Source: Methanocaldococcus sp. 16A (lineage in GTDB: Archaea; AGJL01; Methanococci; Methanococcales; Methanocaldococcaceae). From it: a stretch of 64,000 bases of DNA. Shown piece after piece: positions 52,725 through 62,661 of this stretch; positions within the stretch are counted from its first letter, which is position 1, and each line of letters begins with the position of its first letter. The translations under genes were made by a program, and so were the position numbers. The DNA is taken from NCBI GenBank assembly GCA_049860595.1, contig CP187551.1. One strand, given 5' to 3'. A model generated the notes under the pieces. That model did not search any database and was not told where the DNA came from. It worked only from the letters and a program-made list of their open reading frames with translations.

Positions 52725-53387
52725 ATGATATGTTTGCCAGTAGTTGAAAATAATGTGGAAGATGCAATAAAAACAGCTGAAAAGTATTTGGAAATAGCAG
52801 ATATTGTTGAATTTAGAATAGATATGCTTAAAGAAGTTAGTGAAGATGATATGGAAAAATTTACTAAATATCCTTGTATAATAACAGTTAGAGCAGATTG
52901 GGAAGGTGGCTATTGGAAAAAATCTAATGAAGAAAGATTAAATCTAATAAAAAAGGCAATTGAATGTAATGCTAAATTTGTAGATATTGAGTTAAAAGAA
53001 GAGAAGAATAAAGAACTTGTAAAATTTAGAGATGAGATTGGTTCAAAAACAAAAATTATAATTTCATATCATGATTTTGAAAAAACTCCTTCAAAAGATA
53101 CATTAATTGATATAGTTGAAAAATCTCTTAGCATTGGAGATATAGCAAAATTTGCAACCATGGCAAATAGTAAAGAAGATATTATCAATATTTTGGATGT
53201 GATAAACAAATATCCGGGAAAAATTATTGGCATTGGAATGGGAGAAAAAGGAAAACTAACAAGAATCTTAGGGGTTTATTTTGGTTCAATATTAACCTTT
53301 GCCTCTTATAAAGGGAAGAGTTCAGCTCCTGGACAAGTTGATATAGACACTCTAAAAGAGATTTGGAGACTTATGGATTTAAAGTAA
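52725..53387 (+). CDS. aroD: Type I 3-dehydroquinate dehydratase
   Basis: EFRID, T.R...EGG, ISYHDF, IAKFA, MGE.G..TR, APGQ. Confidence 0.95.
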   Translation: MICLPVVENNVEDAIKTAEKYLEIADIVEFRIDMLKEVSEDDMEKFTKYPCIITVRADWEGGYWKKSNEERLNLIKKAIECNAKFVDIELKEEKNKELVKFRDEIGSKTKIIISYHDFEKTPSKDTLIDIVEKSLSIGDIAKFATMANSKEDIINILDVINKYPGKIIGIGMGEKGKLTRILGVYFGSILTFASYKGKSSAPGQVDIDTLKEIWRLMDLK

Positions 53388-53394
53388 TCCTAAA

Positions 53395-53677
53395 TGAAAC
53401 TTTTAGAAAAAGTTTCATCAAAACGGATGCATTGCATCCTAAAGAAAGCAATGCCTCATAATGGACATTAATTGCCCCTTTTAGGGGTAACTTAATGGAC
53501 GAGGAGTATCCCGAACCATAGGGCTTCGCCCTATTGGTATACCCATACATGGGGAGTATAGCAATAGAGGGGCTACGCCCCTCTATGCGAGTAGAGCAAT
53601 AGAGGGTTTCCCTCTATGCTTAGAAAAAGGTTCATCAAAAATTTTGGGGTATACCAATAGGGGCGTAGCCCCTATGG
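53395..53677. repeat. REP/BIME-like mosaic of GC-rich hairpins
   Basis: Four GTA(T/G)A-SCAATAG..CTATGS units (53516-53542 minus; 53556-53588, 53591-53619, 53649-53677 plus) and additional hairpins. Confidence 0.85.
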
Positions 53678-54247
53678 TCCTAAATTTTTAAGCATAGTTT
53701 CAGCCAATTTTTTATGCTCTTTATTGCCAACTTTTTTAATTATTGAAAAATATTTTTTCATCTCTTCCTTCATATTTTTTTTCTCATTTTCATCAATTTT
53801 TATACTTTTATTTATTAATCTTGAGTAAATAACTGCCATCTCAACCAACAAGCCATCTGCTCTATTATATGGCTTTGGAATATTGTTTAAATATATTCTT
53901 TTTATCTCTTCCCCTTCTATAATCATCAATCTGTTTTTTCCAAATTTATCTTCTCTATCAACAAACTCTCTTTTGATAACTTTGTAAAATATAACATAAT
54001 AAGAATTTTTTAAATAGGGGATGTTGTTGTAATAAAGATATTCGTCATTATCATCTAAAACTGCCTTCGCTATCTCTATTGGTGGAACTACATTAACTGA
54101 AAAATAATCTTCAGTTAAAAGATTTTCATAAGTATGAGAGCCAGAAAAAAGATGCATAATAACTTTTTTATCTTTAAAATAAACACCAATTGGAGCTTTG
54201 TTATCATTATCATTTTTTCTTGTTGCTACAACCACTTCATTTATCAT
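53672..54247 (-). CDS. DUF447 family protein
   Basis: EVVVAT...N.APIGV, GSHTYENL, YNRADG.LVE.AV..SR. Confidence 0.82.
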   Translation of the reverse strand: MINEVVVATRKNDNDNKAPIGVYFKDKKVIMHLFSGSHTYENLLTEDYFSVNVVPPIEIAKAVLDDNDEYLYYNNIPYLKNSYYVIFYKVIKREFVDREDKFGKNRLMIIEGEEIKRIYLNNIPKPYNRADGLLVEMAVIYSRLINKSIKIDENEKKNMKEEMKKYFSIIKKVGNKEHKKLAETMLKNLGP

Positions 54248-55029
54248 AGGTATCCCAAATTCACTTTTATACTTTCTAAATCTTTTCCTCTTCCATAAGA
54301 TAAATTTATCTTAACTTTTCCTTTATTTGCCTTTTTGTTTAATGGAATTACTAATGGAGGGTTTAACATTGGCGTCTGTCCAGCTACATGTTTATCATCT
54401 AATATTGTATATGTTCTCAATTTTATTCCCAAGTTTTCACAGCTTTTTTCAAGCTCTAACTCTATATTATAGCTTACTTCAATAGGATTTATCTTATAGA
54501 AATTAACTTCCTCATAAATAATCTCTTCAGAAACTTCCTCTGATTTAATATCTTCATCATAATAGATATGGCTCATCTTTGCCTCTACAAGTTGTATGGT
54601 AGAGATTGCCTTAGCTGGAATAATCTTAGCATCTTCTTTTAAAAAACCTCTCTCTATTATTGAGTTCATAACCTTAACTTGTGGTTCAGTAATTAAAGCA
54701 GTGTCTAAAAGCTCGGCTATAACTACATCAGCTTTTTCTTTAAATTTGTATGTTGTAGCATCTCCTTCAATAATCTCAATGTTATTGAATCCATTAACTT
54801 TTATATTTTCCTTTGCATAATCATATGTAAAACTATCTAACTCAATAGCATAAACCTTCTTAGCCTTTTTTGCCGCAATCATTGCTAATATTGCTGAACC
54901 AGTCCCTAAATCAAAGACTATATCATCCTCATCTACAGCATTTTCTATAGCATTTTTAAAGATTGCTAATCTTTCATAATCTGTTAATAAAGAATAGTGC
55001 CACTGTGGAACTTTCAATTTTAGCTTCAT
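54244..55029 (-). CDS. SAM-dependent methyltransferase with PRMT-like features
   Basis: HYSLLTDYERL..F..AI, DLGTGSAIL, VYAIE, DVVIAELLDTALITE, IIP. Confidence 0.85.
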   Translation of the reverse strand: MKLKLKVPQWHYSLLTDYERLAIFKNAIENAVDEDDIVFDLGTGSAILAMIAAKKAKKVYAIELDSFTYDYAKENIKVNGFNNIEIIEGDATTYKFKEKADVVIAELLDTALITEPQVKVMNSIIERGFLKEDAKIIPAKAISTIQLVEAKMSHIYYDEDIKSEEVSEEIIYEEVNFYKINPIEVSYNIELELEKSCENLGIKLRTYTILDDKHVAGQTPMLNPPLVIPLNKKANKGKVKINLSYGRGKDLESIKVNLGYL

Positions 55030-55324
55030 GTTATCACTTAATTTATATATTTACATATAATTTATAATATTTAATTTATTGAAAATTGTGTAATTTATGA
55101 ATGTTAATTTTTCACATCTTTCGAAAATGAAAAAATATATATAGGGGTTTGGTTAATAATATTACTACGTGGGGGCATTAAAATATCTATTTTTAATTTA
55201 AATGTTCGATATTGGGGATATTTCATATAATAATGGGGGAGGGGTTTTACGCCCAAACAACCTTTAACTTTTTACAGAACAAATTTTCAGAATATAAAAA
55301 TTAAAGACAAATTAATTTTATCTG

Positions 55325-56821
55325 TTAATCCCTTATCATCCCCCTTTCTTTTTGCCATTTCCTTCTTAAACCTAATATACATCCTCCTCCTCTAACGCCC
55401 CCAATAGGTACTTGTGGAGTACCTAAACAGTTCATACATCTAGCCATAACTGAGGCTCCTAAAGCTAAACCATCCTCGACAAACACAACATTCTCCTCAA
55501 CTTTATCCCAAATTTCTAAGGTTTTAAGTTTTTCTATAATTAACTCTGGTTTTTTTCCAGTAATTCCTGCTCTTCCAGTGATTCCAATAGCTGATTTTTC
55601 ACAAATTAATCCTTTCTCATAAGCTAACTCTACCAATCTTCTAACTACCTCACTCATAACATAATCTAAGCAACACATCAATGTTGGAATATCACTTTTT
55701 TCAACTAATTCTCCCCCCAATTCCTCCAATTTTATTAAGTCACTACCATTTTTACCAACATCACATCCAAGTAATGTTGTGCCAGCTTTTTCAGCAGATT
55801 TTGGGTCTACTGGGACCGTTCCAAATCTTTCCACATTTTTTGGAACTTCTTTAATTATTATATATTTGTGAATCTCTTCGGCATATTCTCTTGCTAATTC
55901 TTCATTTGGTTTTCCTTTAATATTTGATAAATCTAAAGCCGCTCCAGTCTTTTTATTTATTTTTCCAGAACCTCTTGCAATTGCATCCGCTATACCCCCT
56001 GCTAACCCACATAAATTACCAATAACCTTTGCATAAGGTAGAGTATCATTAGTTATTCTTCCCGCTAAGGTAGTTCCAAAGTCAATACTCATACATGGGT
56101 TTCTGAAATCAACATCAGTCCATTTACTTCCAACTTTTATTCCCGCAGTTACAAGCTCTCCTTCCATCTCGTTAGCTACAACTTCTTTTCCTGTAGGAGG
56201 AAGAACTCCAGTAACCGCCCCATCAAAGATAATTTTATCTAAGAAAGAATATTTGTCAAATGGTTTTGGTAGTTGCTCTTTACTCATTGCTGGTGTCATC
56301 TTTGCTGGTGGAACTCCTGCTTTCATACAACCTTGTGCTAAAGCTATAATCATCTCTCCAACTTCTTCTGGAGATGCAAAACCAGCAGTAACTCCAGTAC
56401 TTCTAACTACAAAGTGTAAATCATCAACAGTTAGCCCAGCTTTCTTTAAACTTTCCAATAACACATCTTTAACCATATCTGCAACGGCATCTCTTGTTAA
56501 TTTAACACCCCACAAGGTTTCTCCAAAAACTTCCTCTCCTTTTTTAGGTTTTCTAACATCTCTTGTCATTTTTACAGCTTTGCTAATAATATAGGTTTTT
56601 CCAGTATCCATATTTGTTGCTGTAATAATAGATTTTGTCGTTGTATTTCCTAACTCAACTGATGCTACTATATAATATGGCTGCTTCTTTAGCTCAATTA
56701 AATCAACACTCTGTGATTTTGCATAAGCTATTTTTGGCTTCTTTTTAAATATCCCTGAAATGACATCAAAAATTCCCATGTTATCCCCACCTATGAAAAT
56801 ATATAGATTATATGTATTCAA
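55325..56821 (-). CDS. Methanogenesis marker protein 14 (ASKHA/actin-like fold)
   Basis: SVELGNTTTK, VRSTGV, NEMEGEL, DFGTTLAG, ARCMN; true start probably MGIFD. Confidence 0.88.
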   Translation of the reverse strand: MNTYNLYIFIGGDNMGIFDVISGIFKKKPKIAYAKSQSVDLIELKKQPYYIVASVELGNTTTKSIITATNMDTGKTYIISKAVKMTRDVRKPKKGEEVFGETLWGVKLTRDAVADMVKDVLLESLKKAGLTVDDLHFVVRSTGVTAGFASPEEVGEMIIALAQGCMKAGVPPAKMTPAMSKEQLPKPFDKYSFLDKIIFDGAVTGVLPPTGKEVVANEMEGELVTAGIKVGSKWTDVDFRNPCMSIDFGTTLAGRITNDTLPYAKVIGNLCGLAGGIADAIARGSGKINKKTGAALDLSNIKGKPNEELAREYAEEIHKYIIIKEVPKNVERFGTVPVDPKSAEKAGTTLLGCDVGKNGSDLIKLEELGGELVEKSDIPTLMCCLDYVMSEVVRRLVELAYEKGLICEKSAIGITGRAGITGKKPELIIEKLKTLEIWDKVEENVVFVEDGLALGASVMARCMNCLGTPQVPIGGVRGGGCILGLRRKWQKERGMIRD

Positions 56822-56834
56822 TGTATTGTATCAT

Positions 56835-57950
56835 TTATAAAATTTCTCTTGCGAATTTCTTAGCTAATGCGATAATAGAAATTATAGGTGGAACTCCTAA
56901 GGCTTCCTTGAATATAGAAGCGTCGCAAACATACAGCCCTTCTTTAACTTCAAATTCATCAACAACTAAACTTAAACTTCCTCCAGGATGTGAGCCTCTT
57001 GGTATAGTTGTGAATATATCATCAACACCTAACTTATATAAATATTTTGTTGCTTTGCCTATTCCCTTAGAAAGAGTTTTAAAATCTTCTTTGGTTATCT
57101 CTTTTTTAACCTCTTTATCTAAAACTTCTCCATTATTTTCATCCTTAATCTTTATCATAATCCCTACAATATCTTTCTCTTTCACATCTTTATAATCTTT
57201 TTTTATTTCATTATAGAGGAGTTTTGAATAATGAGTGGCCAATATAAAATTTTTGTATCTTTTATAAACAAGCATAGAAACGTCTTTATTTAAATAACTA
57301 TCTTCTAAAATCCCTCCAACAGTAACAAAAGTATCAACAAAAAGATTTTTTCCAATATTTTCATCATCAATTAATTTTTTTAAAATCCTTGGGCTATTTA
57401 TTCCACCAGCAGAGATTATTATATTTCTACTTTTAATTTTTCTACCATTTTCATCTAAAATTTCATAATTCCCATCATAATTTATTGCTTTTATATTAAA
57501 TTCAGTAATTATATCTACTTTTGACTCTTTTAGGTAATTTAGAGGAGTCCATTTTGCATCACATATCTTCCTTGCACAGTTTCCACACTTATTACATTTA
57601 TTGAAATCAATAAACTTTTCCATCTTTTTAAACCCTAATTCAATAAATTTTTTGTCAATATCATTTAAGAAATCATCATCTGGGGCTTTAATATTTAACT
57701 CATCCCAAATTTCTTTATATATTTCTTTATCTATTTTGTATCCCTTAATATCTATCTTCATAGCATTTCCTAAGGAATAAACTGCACTTCCCCCTAATCC
57801 ATAGGCATAATTTATTTCTATATTTTTACCTTCTGAAGCATAAATTGGATTTTTTCCCTTTTCTATTACTGCCACTTTATACTTTTCACTTAATTCTTTA
57901 GCTACTGTAGAACCAGCAACTCCTGAACCAATAATTGCAAAATCATACAT
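56835..57950 (-). CDS. GMC-family FAD oxidoreductase with Cys cluster
   Basis: IIGSGVAG, GLGG, CNKCGNC, SAGGINSP, SHPGG, DASIF. Confidence 0.82.
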   Translation of the reverse strand: MYDFAIIGSGVAGSTVAKELSEKYKVAVIEKGKNPIYASEGKNIEINYAYGLGGSAVYSLGNAMKIDIKGYKIDKEIYKEIWDELNIKAPDDDFLNDIDKKFIELGFKKMEKFIDFNKCNKCGNCARKICDAKWTPLNYLKESKVDIITEFNIKAINYDGNYEILDENGRKIKSRNIIISAGGINSPRILKKLIDDENIGKNLFVDTFVTVGGILEDSYLNKDVSMLVYKRYKNFILATHYSKLLYNEIKKDYKDVKEKDIVGIMIKIKDENNGEVLDKEVKKEITKEDFKTLSKGIGKATKYLYKLGVDDIFTTIPRGSHPGGSLSLVVDEFEVKEGLYVCDASIFKEALGVPPIISIIALAKKFAREIL

Positions 57951-57958
57951 AGTTATCC

Positions 57959-59074
57959 CTATTTTTGAATATGTTTATTGTATAGTTCTAATATCTTCAA
58001 TTTCCTGTTTTCGTTATATTTATTATTGTTAAACATTGAATTATTAATTAGTCTTTCAAAAGTTCTTCTATCCTTTGGATGTAATTTTAATGTGCTCATT
58101 TCTTTTACCGCTTTAGCACATTTAATTTCAGAATATAGATTCCACTCTTGAAGAATTTCAATATATTTTTTGAATTTTTCTTCATCAATGGCTTCTTTAG
58201 TATATAATTTATCTTGATTAATGAATGGAAATGTATTTATAAAATCAAACTTCTCTTTAAAATCAGGTTTTGCTATAGAATTAATAATTTCCAATATTTT
58301 TTTCATAGTATTTTTCTCTTCAGATAAAAAACTCCATAATTCTTCTGCAATTAAAACTTCTTTTCTGTCAAAATACTTAGAAAATTCTATCAAACTTTTC
58401 ATAAATCTTTCTTTGTCATATCCACAAGGATTTTTTGGATTTTCTGTTGGGTCATAAGGAAAGCCAATAAAATAATACACTTCCTTATTTGGATTTCTTT
58501 GCATCATAAGGGCTTTTCCATAAAGAATTTTCTGTTTTTCTCCTCTTGCCACACCAGAATTTGGTTTAACTGTCTTTAATTCAACCATAACTATTTTATC
58601 TTTGTCTTCAAAATAAACATCTGCCGTAAATTCTAAACCAATCACATATTCAGAATCTTCTAAAATCGCCTCTTTTAATTCTTTATTTTCTTCTTCTACA
58701 TTTGGTAATCTATCACCACTTTTTAAATCATTTATAATTTCTGATATTTTATCTCTAACATTTTTTTTAATCTTATAATTTTTAAATGTCTTTTTTTCAC
58801 CGTTAGATAAAATATGTGCAATATTTTCGAAATAACTTTGCCCTAACGTTGTGCTTAGACCATGAAACCACTGTGATAGAGTTAAAAACTTTAATGCTTC
58901 ATCGTCATCATTTATATTAAGTTTTCCATAAAATGCTCTTAAAAAAGCAATGTGGAAGGGCATATTTCTTATTTTTATATCTTCATCAGGGATTGTTTCA
59001 AATCTTGATATCAATACTCTTATTGTCTCAATACTAATTTTTTCTATAATTTCTATACTTAGTGTCATAATCAT
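57959..59074 (-). CDS. Type II restriction endonuclease (MjaII/TdeIII-like)
   Basis: GLSTTLGQSYFE and AD...VELKTVKPN PD-(D/E)xK-type core; overlaps methylase stop. Confidence 0.8.
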   Translation of the reverse strand: MIMTLSIEIIEKISIETIRVLISRFETIPDEDIKIRNMPFHIAFLRAFYGKLNINDDDEALKFLTLSQWFHGLSTTLGQSYFENIAHILSNGEKKTFKNYKIKKNVRDKISEIINDLKSGDRLPNVEEENKELKEAILEDSEYVIGLEFTADVYFEDKDKIVMVELKTVKPNSGVARGEKQKILYGKALMMQRNPNKEVYYFIGFPYDPTENPKNPCGYDKERFMKSLIEFSKYFDRKEVLIAEELWSFLSEEKNTMKKILEIINSIAKPDFKEKFDFINTFPFINQDKLYTKEAIDEEKFKKYIEILQEWNLYSEIKCAKAVKEMSTLKLHPKDRRTFERLINNSMFNNNKYNENRKLKILELYNKHIQK

Positions 59075-60663
59075 TCCCCCATTTTTAATTCAAAGATACT
59101 CTCATAGTATGGGTTTCTATCTCTCTCTGTTCTATTTAGGACAGGTCTTTTAAACTCTTTAACTAAAATAAGATTGCTTTTTTCAAAAATCTCTTTATAC
59201 AAGTTCTTTTTATCATTAACAACAATAAAAATCTTTGCATCTTCTTTTAAAAATCTCTTCATATTTATTAAAACTTCTGACATACTCTCAATATATTCTT
59301 TCTGAGCCTTCTTTGAACTACCTTTAAATTTAGGTCCTATTTCTAATTCATCTAATCTTGGAATATCAAAAAGCTCATAGGCATAGGCGTGCTGTTCATG
59401 ATAGTCAATCTGCCCTAAGTAGGGGGGTGACGTAAAAATACCATCAATTTTCTTTTTTTTATAAAGTTCATAAAAGTTTTTGTGTTTTTTTAACTCTTCT
59501 TCAACATCAACGGTTCTTGAATCCCCATTGATGATTAAATAATAAGCCTCTTTTCTAATCTTTGAAAATTCTTCTATTCTATTAATCACATCCTTTGTAT
59601 ATTCCTCCAAGTGTCTTAAAATTGTATGAACAGGTTTGCAAATTTTTTTATGCTTATAGCAATAGTATGGGTCAAATACCGGCTCTTTTAGTGTAGCCAA
59701 ATCAAAGTGTGTAGTTCCTCTAACAGACCTTGCTGTTCTACTTAAAATTATCATTGCTACTTTTTTTATAGTTTCATCATTGCAATCTTTAATTAAATTT
59801 AGATAAAAGTTTAATTCTGCCCTAATTCTTGGAGAATACCATTTATATAAAAACGGTTTATCTTCAAAAATGTTATCGAACTTATAATCATTTTTGCAGT
59901 ATTTTTCTTTAAGTTCTTTATACTCTAAATAGAACATCTCCATAATGTCTTCAGAATATCTTTCTTCATCAATCTCCTTTTTTGATAATTTTCTTCTATA
60001 TTCTAAGGTGAAGTATTTTTTGTTGTATTTTTCAATTAACTTATCCACTTCATTAATAAATTTATCATTTCCTAAATTTTTAGAAAATTCCTTTGTTTTA
60101 TTTAGCATATTTAGCAATTCTTCCTTTAATTTTTGAATATCATATTTTTGTAATTTTACTTCAGCAATTAAGCAGTTAAATGGAGAAATATCTATTCCTA
60201 TAGAATGAATTCCCATTTCAAGACACTGAACTAATGTTGTTCCAGAGCCCATAAATGGGTCTATTATAATATCCCCTGCATTAAAATGCTTCTTTAAAAA
60301 ATATTCTACCAATTGTGGAATAAATTTTCCTTTATATGGATGTATTCCATGGACATGCTTAGTTCTTTCCTTTTCAGATAATAAATCAAATGCTAAATCC
60401 CAATCTAATTTAAATCCTAACTTTTCTTCCCATTCTTTCCTTTTTTCAAAAAATAGTTTTTTGTAATAGTTTTCAATCTCATCAATATCCACATAAACTC
60501 TATTTTTGATTTTATACTTTGTAACTCTTCCATATTGCACTAAATAGGAAATATTATGCTCTTTAATTTCCTTACCAAACTTTTTTGTTAATATCCTTGA
60601 AGCCTCTTTTATTGTGTAAAGTCTTTTTGTTGGTTGAATATTTAGCCATACATCTAAATTCAT
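59071..60663 (-). CDS. N4-cytosine DNA methyltransferase with N-terminal HTH
   Basis: HGIHPYKGKF, motif I DPFMGSGTT before motif IV TSPPY; N-terminal YTIKEAS...YLVQYGRV. Confidence 0.9.
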   Translation of the reverse strand: MNLDVWLNIQPTKRLYTIKEASRILTKKFGKEIKEHNISYLVQYGRVTKYKIKNRVYVDIDEIENYYKKLFFEKRKEWEEKLGFKLDWDLAFDLLSEKERTKHVHGIHPYKGKFIPQLVEYFLKKHFNAGDIIIDPFMGSGTTLVQCLEMGIHSIGIDISPFNCLIAEVKLQKYDIQKLKEELLNMLNKTKEFSKNLGNDKFINEVDKLIEKYNKKYFTLEYRRKLSKKEIDEERYSEDIMEMFYLEYKELKEKYCKNDYKFDNIFEDKPFLYKWYSPRIRAELNFYLNLIKDCNDETIKKVAMIILSRTARSVRGTTHFDLATLKEPVFDPYYCYKHKKICKPVHTILRHLEEYTKDVINRIEEFSKIRKEAYYLIINGDSRTVDVEEELKKHKNFYELYKKKKIDGIFTSPPYLGQIDYHEQHAYAYELFDIPRLDELEIGPKFKGSSKKAQKEYIESMSEVLINMKRFLKEDAKIFIVVNDKKNLYKEIFEKSNLILVKEFKRPVLNRTERDRNPYYESIFELKMGE

Positions 60664-61805
60664 AATTCCTCCCCTACATCTTCATCTTCATCAAAATAAA
60701 GCCGATAAGTGTCTATATCATAGCCCATCTTATTTATAAACATTCTAATTACTCTTCCAGGGTCTCTTGATTTTGTAATTGCTCTACCAACAATTAATAT
60801 TTGATATTCTTTCAATAGCTCTTCAACATTTTCTACACCAACTCCTCCAGCAATTGCCAATAAGCAATCTCCTTTAAACCTCCACTCTTTTTTAATTCCA
60901 AAAGTCTCCTCATCAATCCCTCTATGTAAAATAACAACATCTGGCTTTAATTTTAATGACTCAAATAATTTTTGAGGTTCAGAGACATTCATCATATCTA
61001 AATAGCTAATTAAACCACATTTTTGGCATTCGTGAATAGCTTTAATTATTGTTGATTTTGGTGCTACTCCACTTATTGCTACAGCATTAGCAGTTGCTTC
61101 AAAAGCCAATCTAACCTCAACCCTTCCAGTATCTAATGTTTTTAAATCAGCAACAATAAAGCCATCAAAATAATCTCTCATTATCTCAATAACTTCCAAG
61201 CCAAATTTTTTAATTAATGGAGTTCCTGCCTCTAAGATAATGTGGTCGCTCTTTGGAATTGTTTGTAATAAAAACTCCAAATTCTCCATTGTTGGAACAT
61301 CCAAAGCAATTTGTAGATATGGAGGATACTCTAATCTAACATCTCTAAACCCAACTAATGGATGCAAAGCCCTATACTTCTCTTTCTTTACCTTTTCTTT
61401 TGATGGATATTCATTTAAAGCTCTGTTTATAGCTAACTTTGTTGAAGCATAAAAGTATTGGAAGAGCTTTCTTTTTGTTAAATTTGTTATTGGAAGCTCT
61501 GGAACATTGACAGAAACAACAACCTTTAAATCCTCATCTAAATCTAAATCAGCAATAGCCTTAGCAACGGCATATTGAATAACTCCTTGAAATAGCTCAT
61601 CTTGTATATTGCTCTCAATATTATGCCTTGGAACTACTAAGGTTAATGGCTTAACTATTAAATTAGGTCTTAAGTTTGCAAAAACACAGTTACCTCTTGT
61701 TAGGGCATTTGTGAAAACACTCTCTATTTCTTTATCTTTTCCTAATGCAACATTAACGATTGCTTTAACTTCATTTCCCAAAACTGCTTCACCAAATTTT
61801 ATCAT
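60660..61805 (-). CDS. fae-hps: Bifunctional formaldehyde-activating enzyme / 3-hexulose-6-phosphate synthase
   Basis: GEA.LG, NL.VKP.TL.VP, Q.AVAKA.AD; then LQIALD, EAGTPLIK, DLKTLD, VGRAIT. Confidence 0.9.
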   Translation of the reverse strand: MIKFGEAVLGNEVKAIVNVALGKDKEIESVFTNALTRGNCVFANLRPNLIVKPLTLVVPRHNIESNIQDELFQGVIQYAVAKAIADLDLDEDLKVVVSVNVPELPITNLTKRKLFQYFYASTKLAINRALNEYPSKEKVKKEKYRALHPLVGFRDVRLEYPPYLQIALDVPTMENLEFLLQTIPKSDHIILEAGTPLIKKFGLEVIEIMRDYFDGFIVADLKTLDTGRVEVRLAFEATANAVAISGVAPKSTIIKAIHECQKCGLISYLDMMNVSEPQKLFESLKLKPDVVILHRGIDEETFGIKKEWRFKGDCLLAIAGGVGVENVEELLKEYQILIVGRAITKSRDPGRVIRMFINKMGYDIDTYRLYFDEDEDVGEEL

Positions 61806-61842
61806 GTCAATCCCTTTAATTTATTAATTTATTATTATAAAA

Positions 61843-62616
61843 TTAAAATTTAACAATTTTTCCACTTGCATCCCTCTTATATTTCCCAAATTCTTTAATA
61901 AATCTCAACTTATCTCCCCAAAATACCGGCCCATCCTTACAAACACAAAGCCCTTCATCATCTACACAACACTGCCCACAGATGCCAATACCACACTTCA
62001 TATATCTTTCCATTGAAACTTGAACTGGAATATTATATTCATTGGCAATATCAACAACCTTCTTCATCATTATTTCTGGCCCGCAAGTAATGATTAAATC
62101 AAATTTCTCTTCTTTAAGAACTTCTTTCATTTTTTCAGTTGTAAAGCCTTTAAATCCAAAACTACCATCATCTGTACAAATCTCTAATCTCCCAGATTTT
62201 TCAAATCTATCTAAAAATAACAATTCTTCTTTAGTCCTTGCTCCCAATATAGTTGTTATTTCAATCCCTTGCTTTGAAAATTCTTCAACTGCTGTTATAA
62301 TTGGTGCAGCTCCAATACCTCCAGCAACAGCTAAGATTTTATCTCCCAACGGCTCAAAATATGTTCCATAAGGCCCTCTAACTCCTATTATATCTCCTTC
62401 TTTTAATTCATGCATTTTTTTAGTAAATTCTCCAACTCTCGCAACGCTAAAACTGTTTTTGGAAGAGAAACCAAATGGTTTCTCATCAACTCCTGGAATC
62501 CAAAGCATTGCAAACTGTCCTGGCTTAAAATCAAAATCTCTATCTATTACAAATGTTTTTACTGTAGGACTTTCTACTATTATCTCCTCTATTCTACAAA
62601 TAATTGGTTTTTCCAT
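61843..62616 (-). CDS. pyrK: Dihydroorotate dehydrogenase electron-transfer subunit
   Basis: PGQF, GPYG, AGGIG, CGPE.MM, ERYMKCGIGICGQC...VCKDGPVF. Confidence 0.94.
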   Translation of the reverse strand: MEKPIICRIEEIIVESPTVKTFVIDRDFDFKPGQFAMLWIPGVDEKPFGFSSKNSFSVARVGEFTKKMHELKEGDIIGVRGPYGTYFEPLGDKILAVAGGIGAAPIITAVEEFSKQGIEITTILGARTKEELLFLDRFEKSGRLEICTDDGSFGFKGFTTEKMKEVLKEEKFDLIITCGPEIMMKKVVDIANEYNIPVQVSMERYMKCGIGICGQCCVDDEGLCVCKDGPVFWGDKLRFIKEFGKYKRDASGKIVKF

Positions 62617-62661
62617 TATATCACCTATATTTTAAAATAATAAAATATAATAATTTAAATT

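Noticed and set aside
53395-53677. Possible CRISPR array or tRNA
   Set aside because: Units vary in length and orientation, lack regular unique spacers, and form no cloverleaf; no cas genes are nearby.
1100-62640. Numerous 60-180 aa ORFs antisense to or nested in long genes (e.g. 5735-6286, 17855-18361, 34365-34841, 49058-49441)
   Set aside because: They are shadows of well-supported genes, with Ser/Ile/Phe-rich antisense composition and no motifs.
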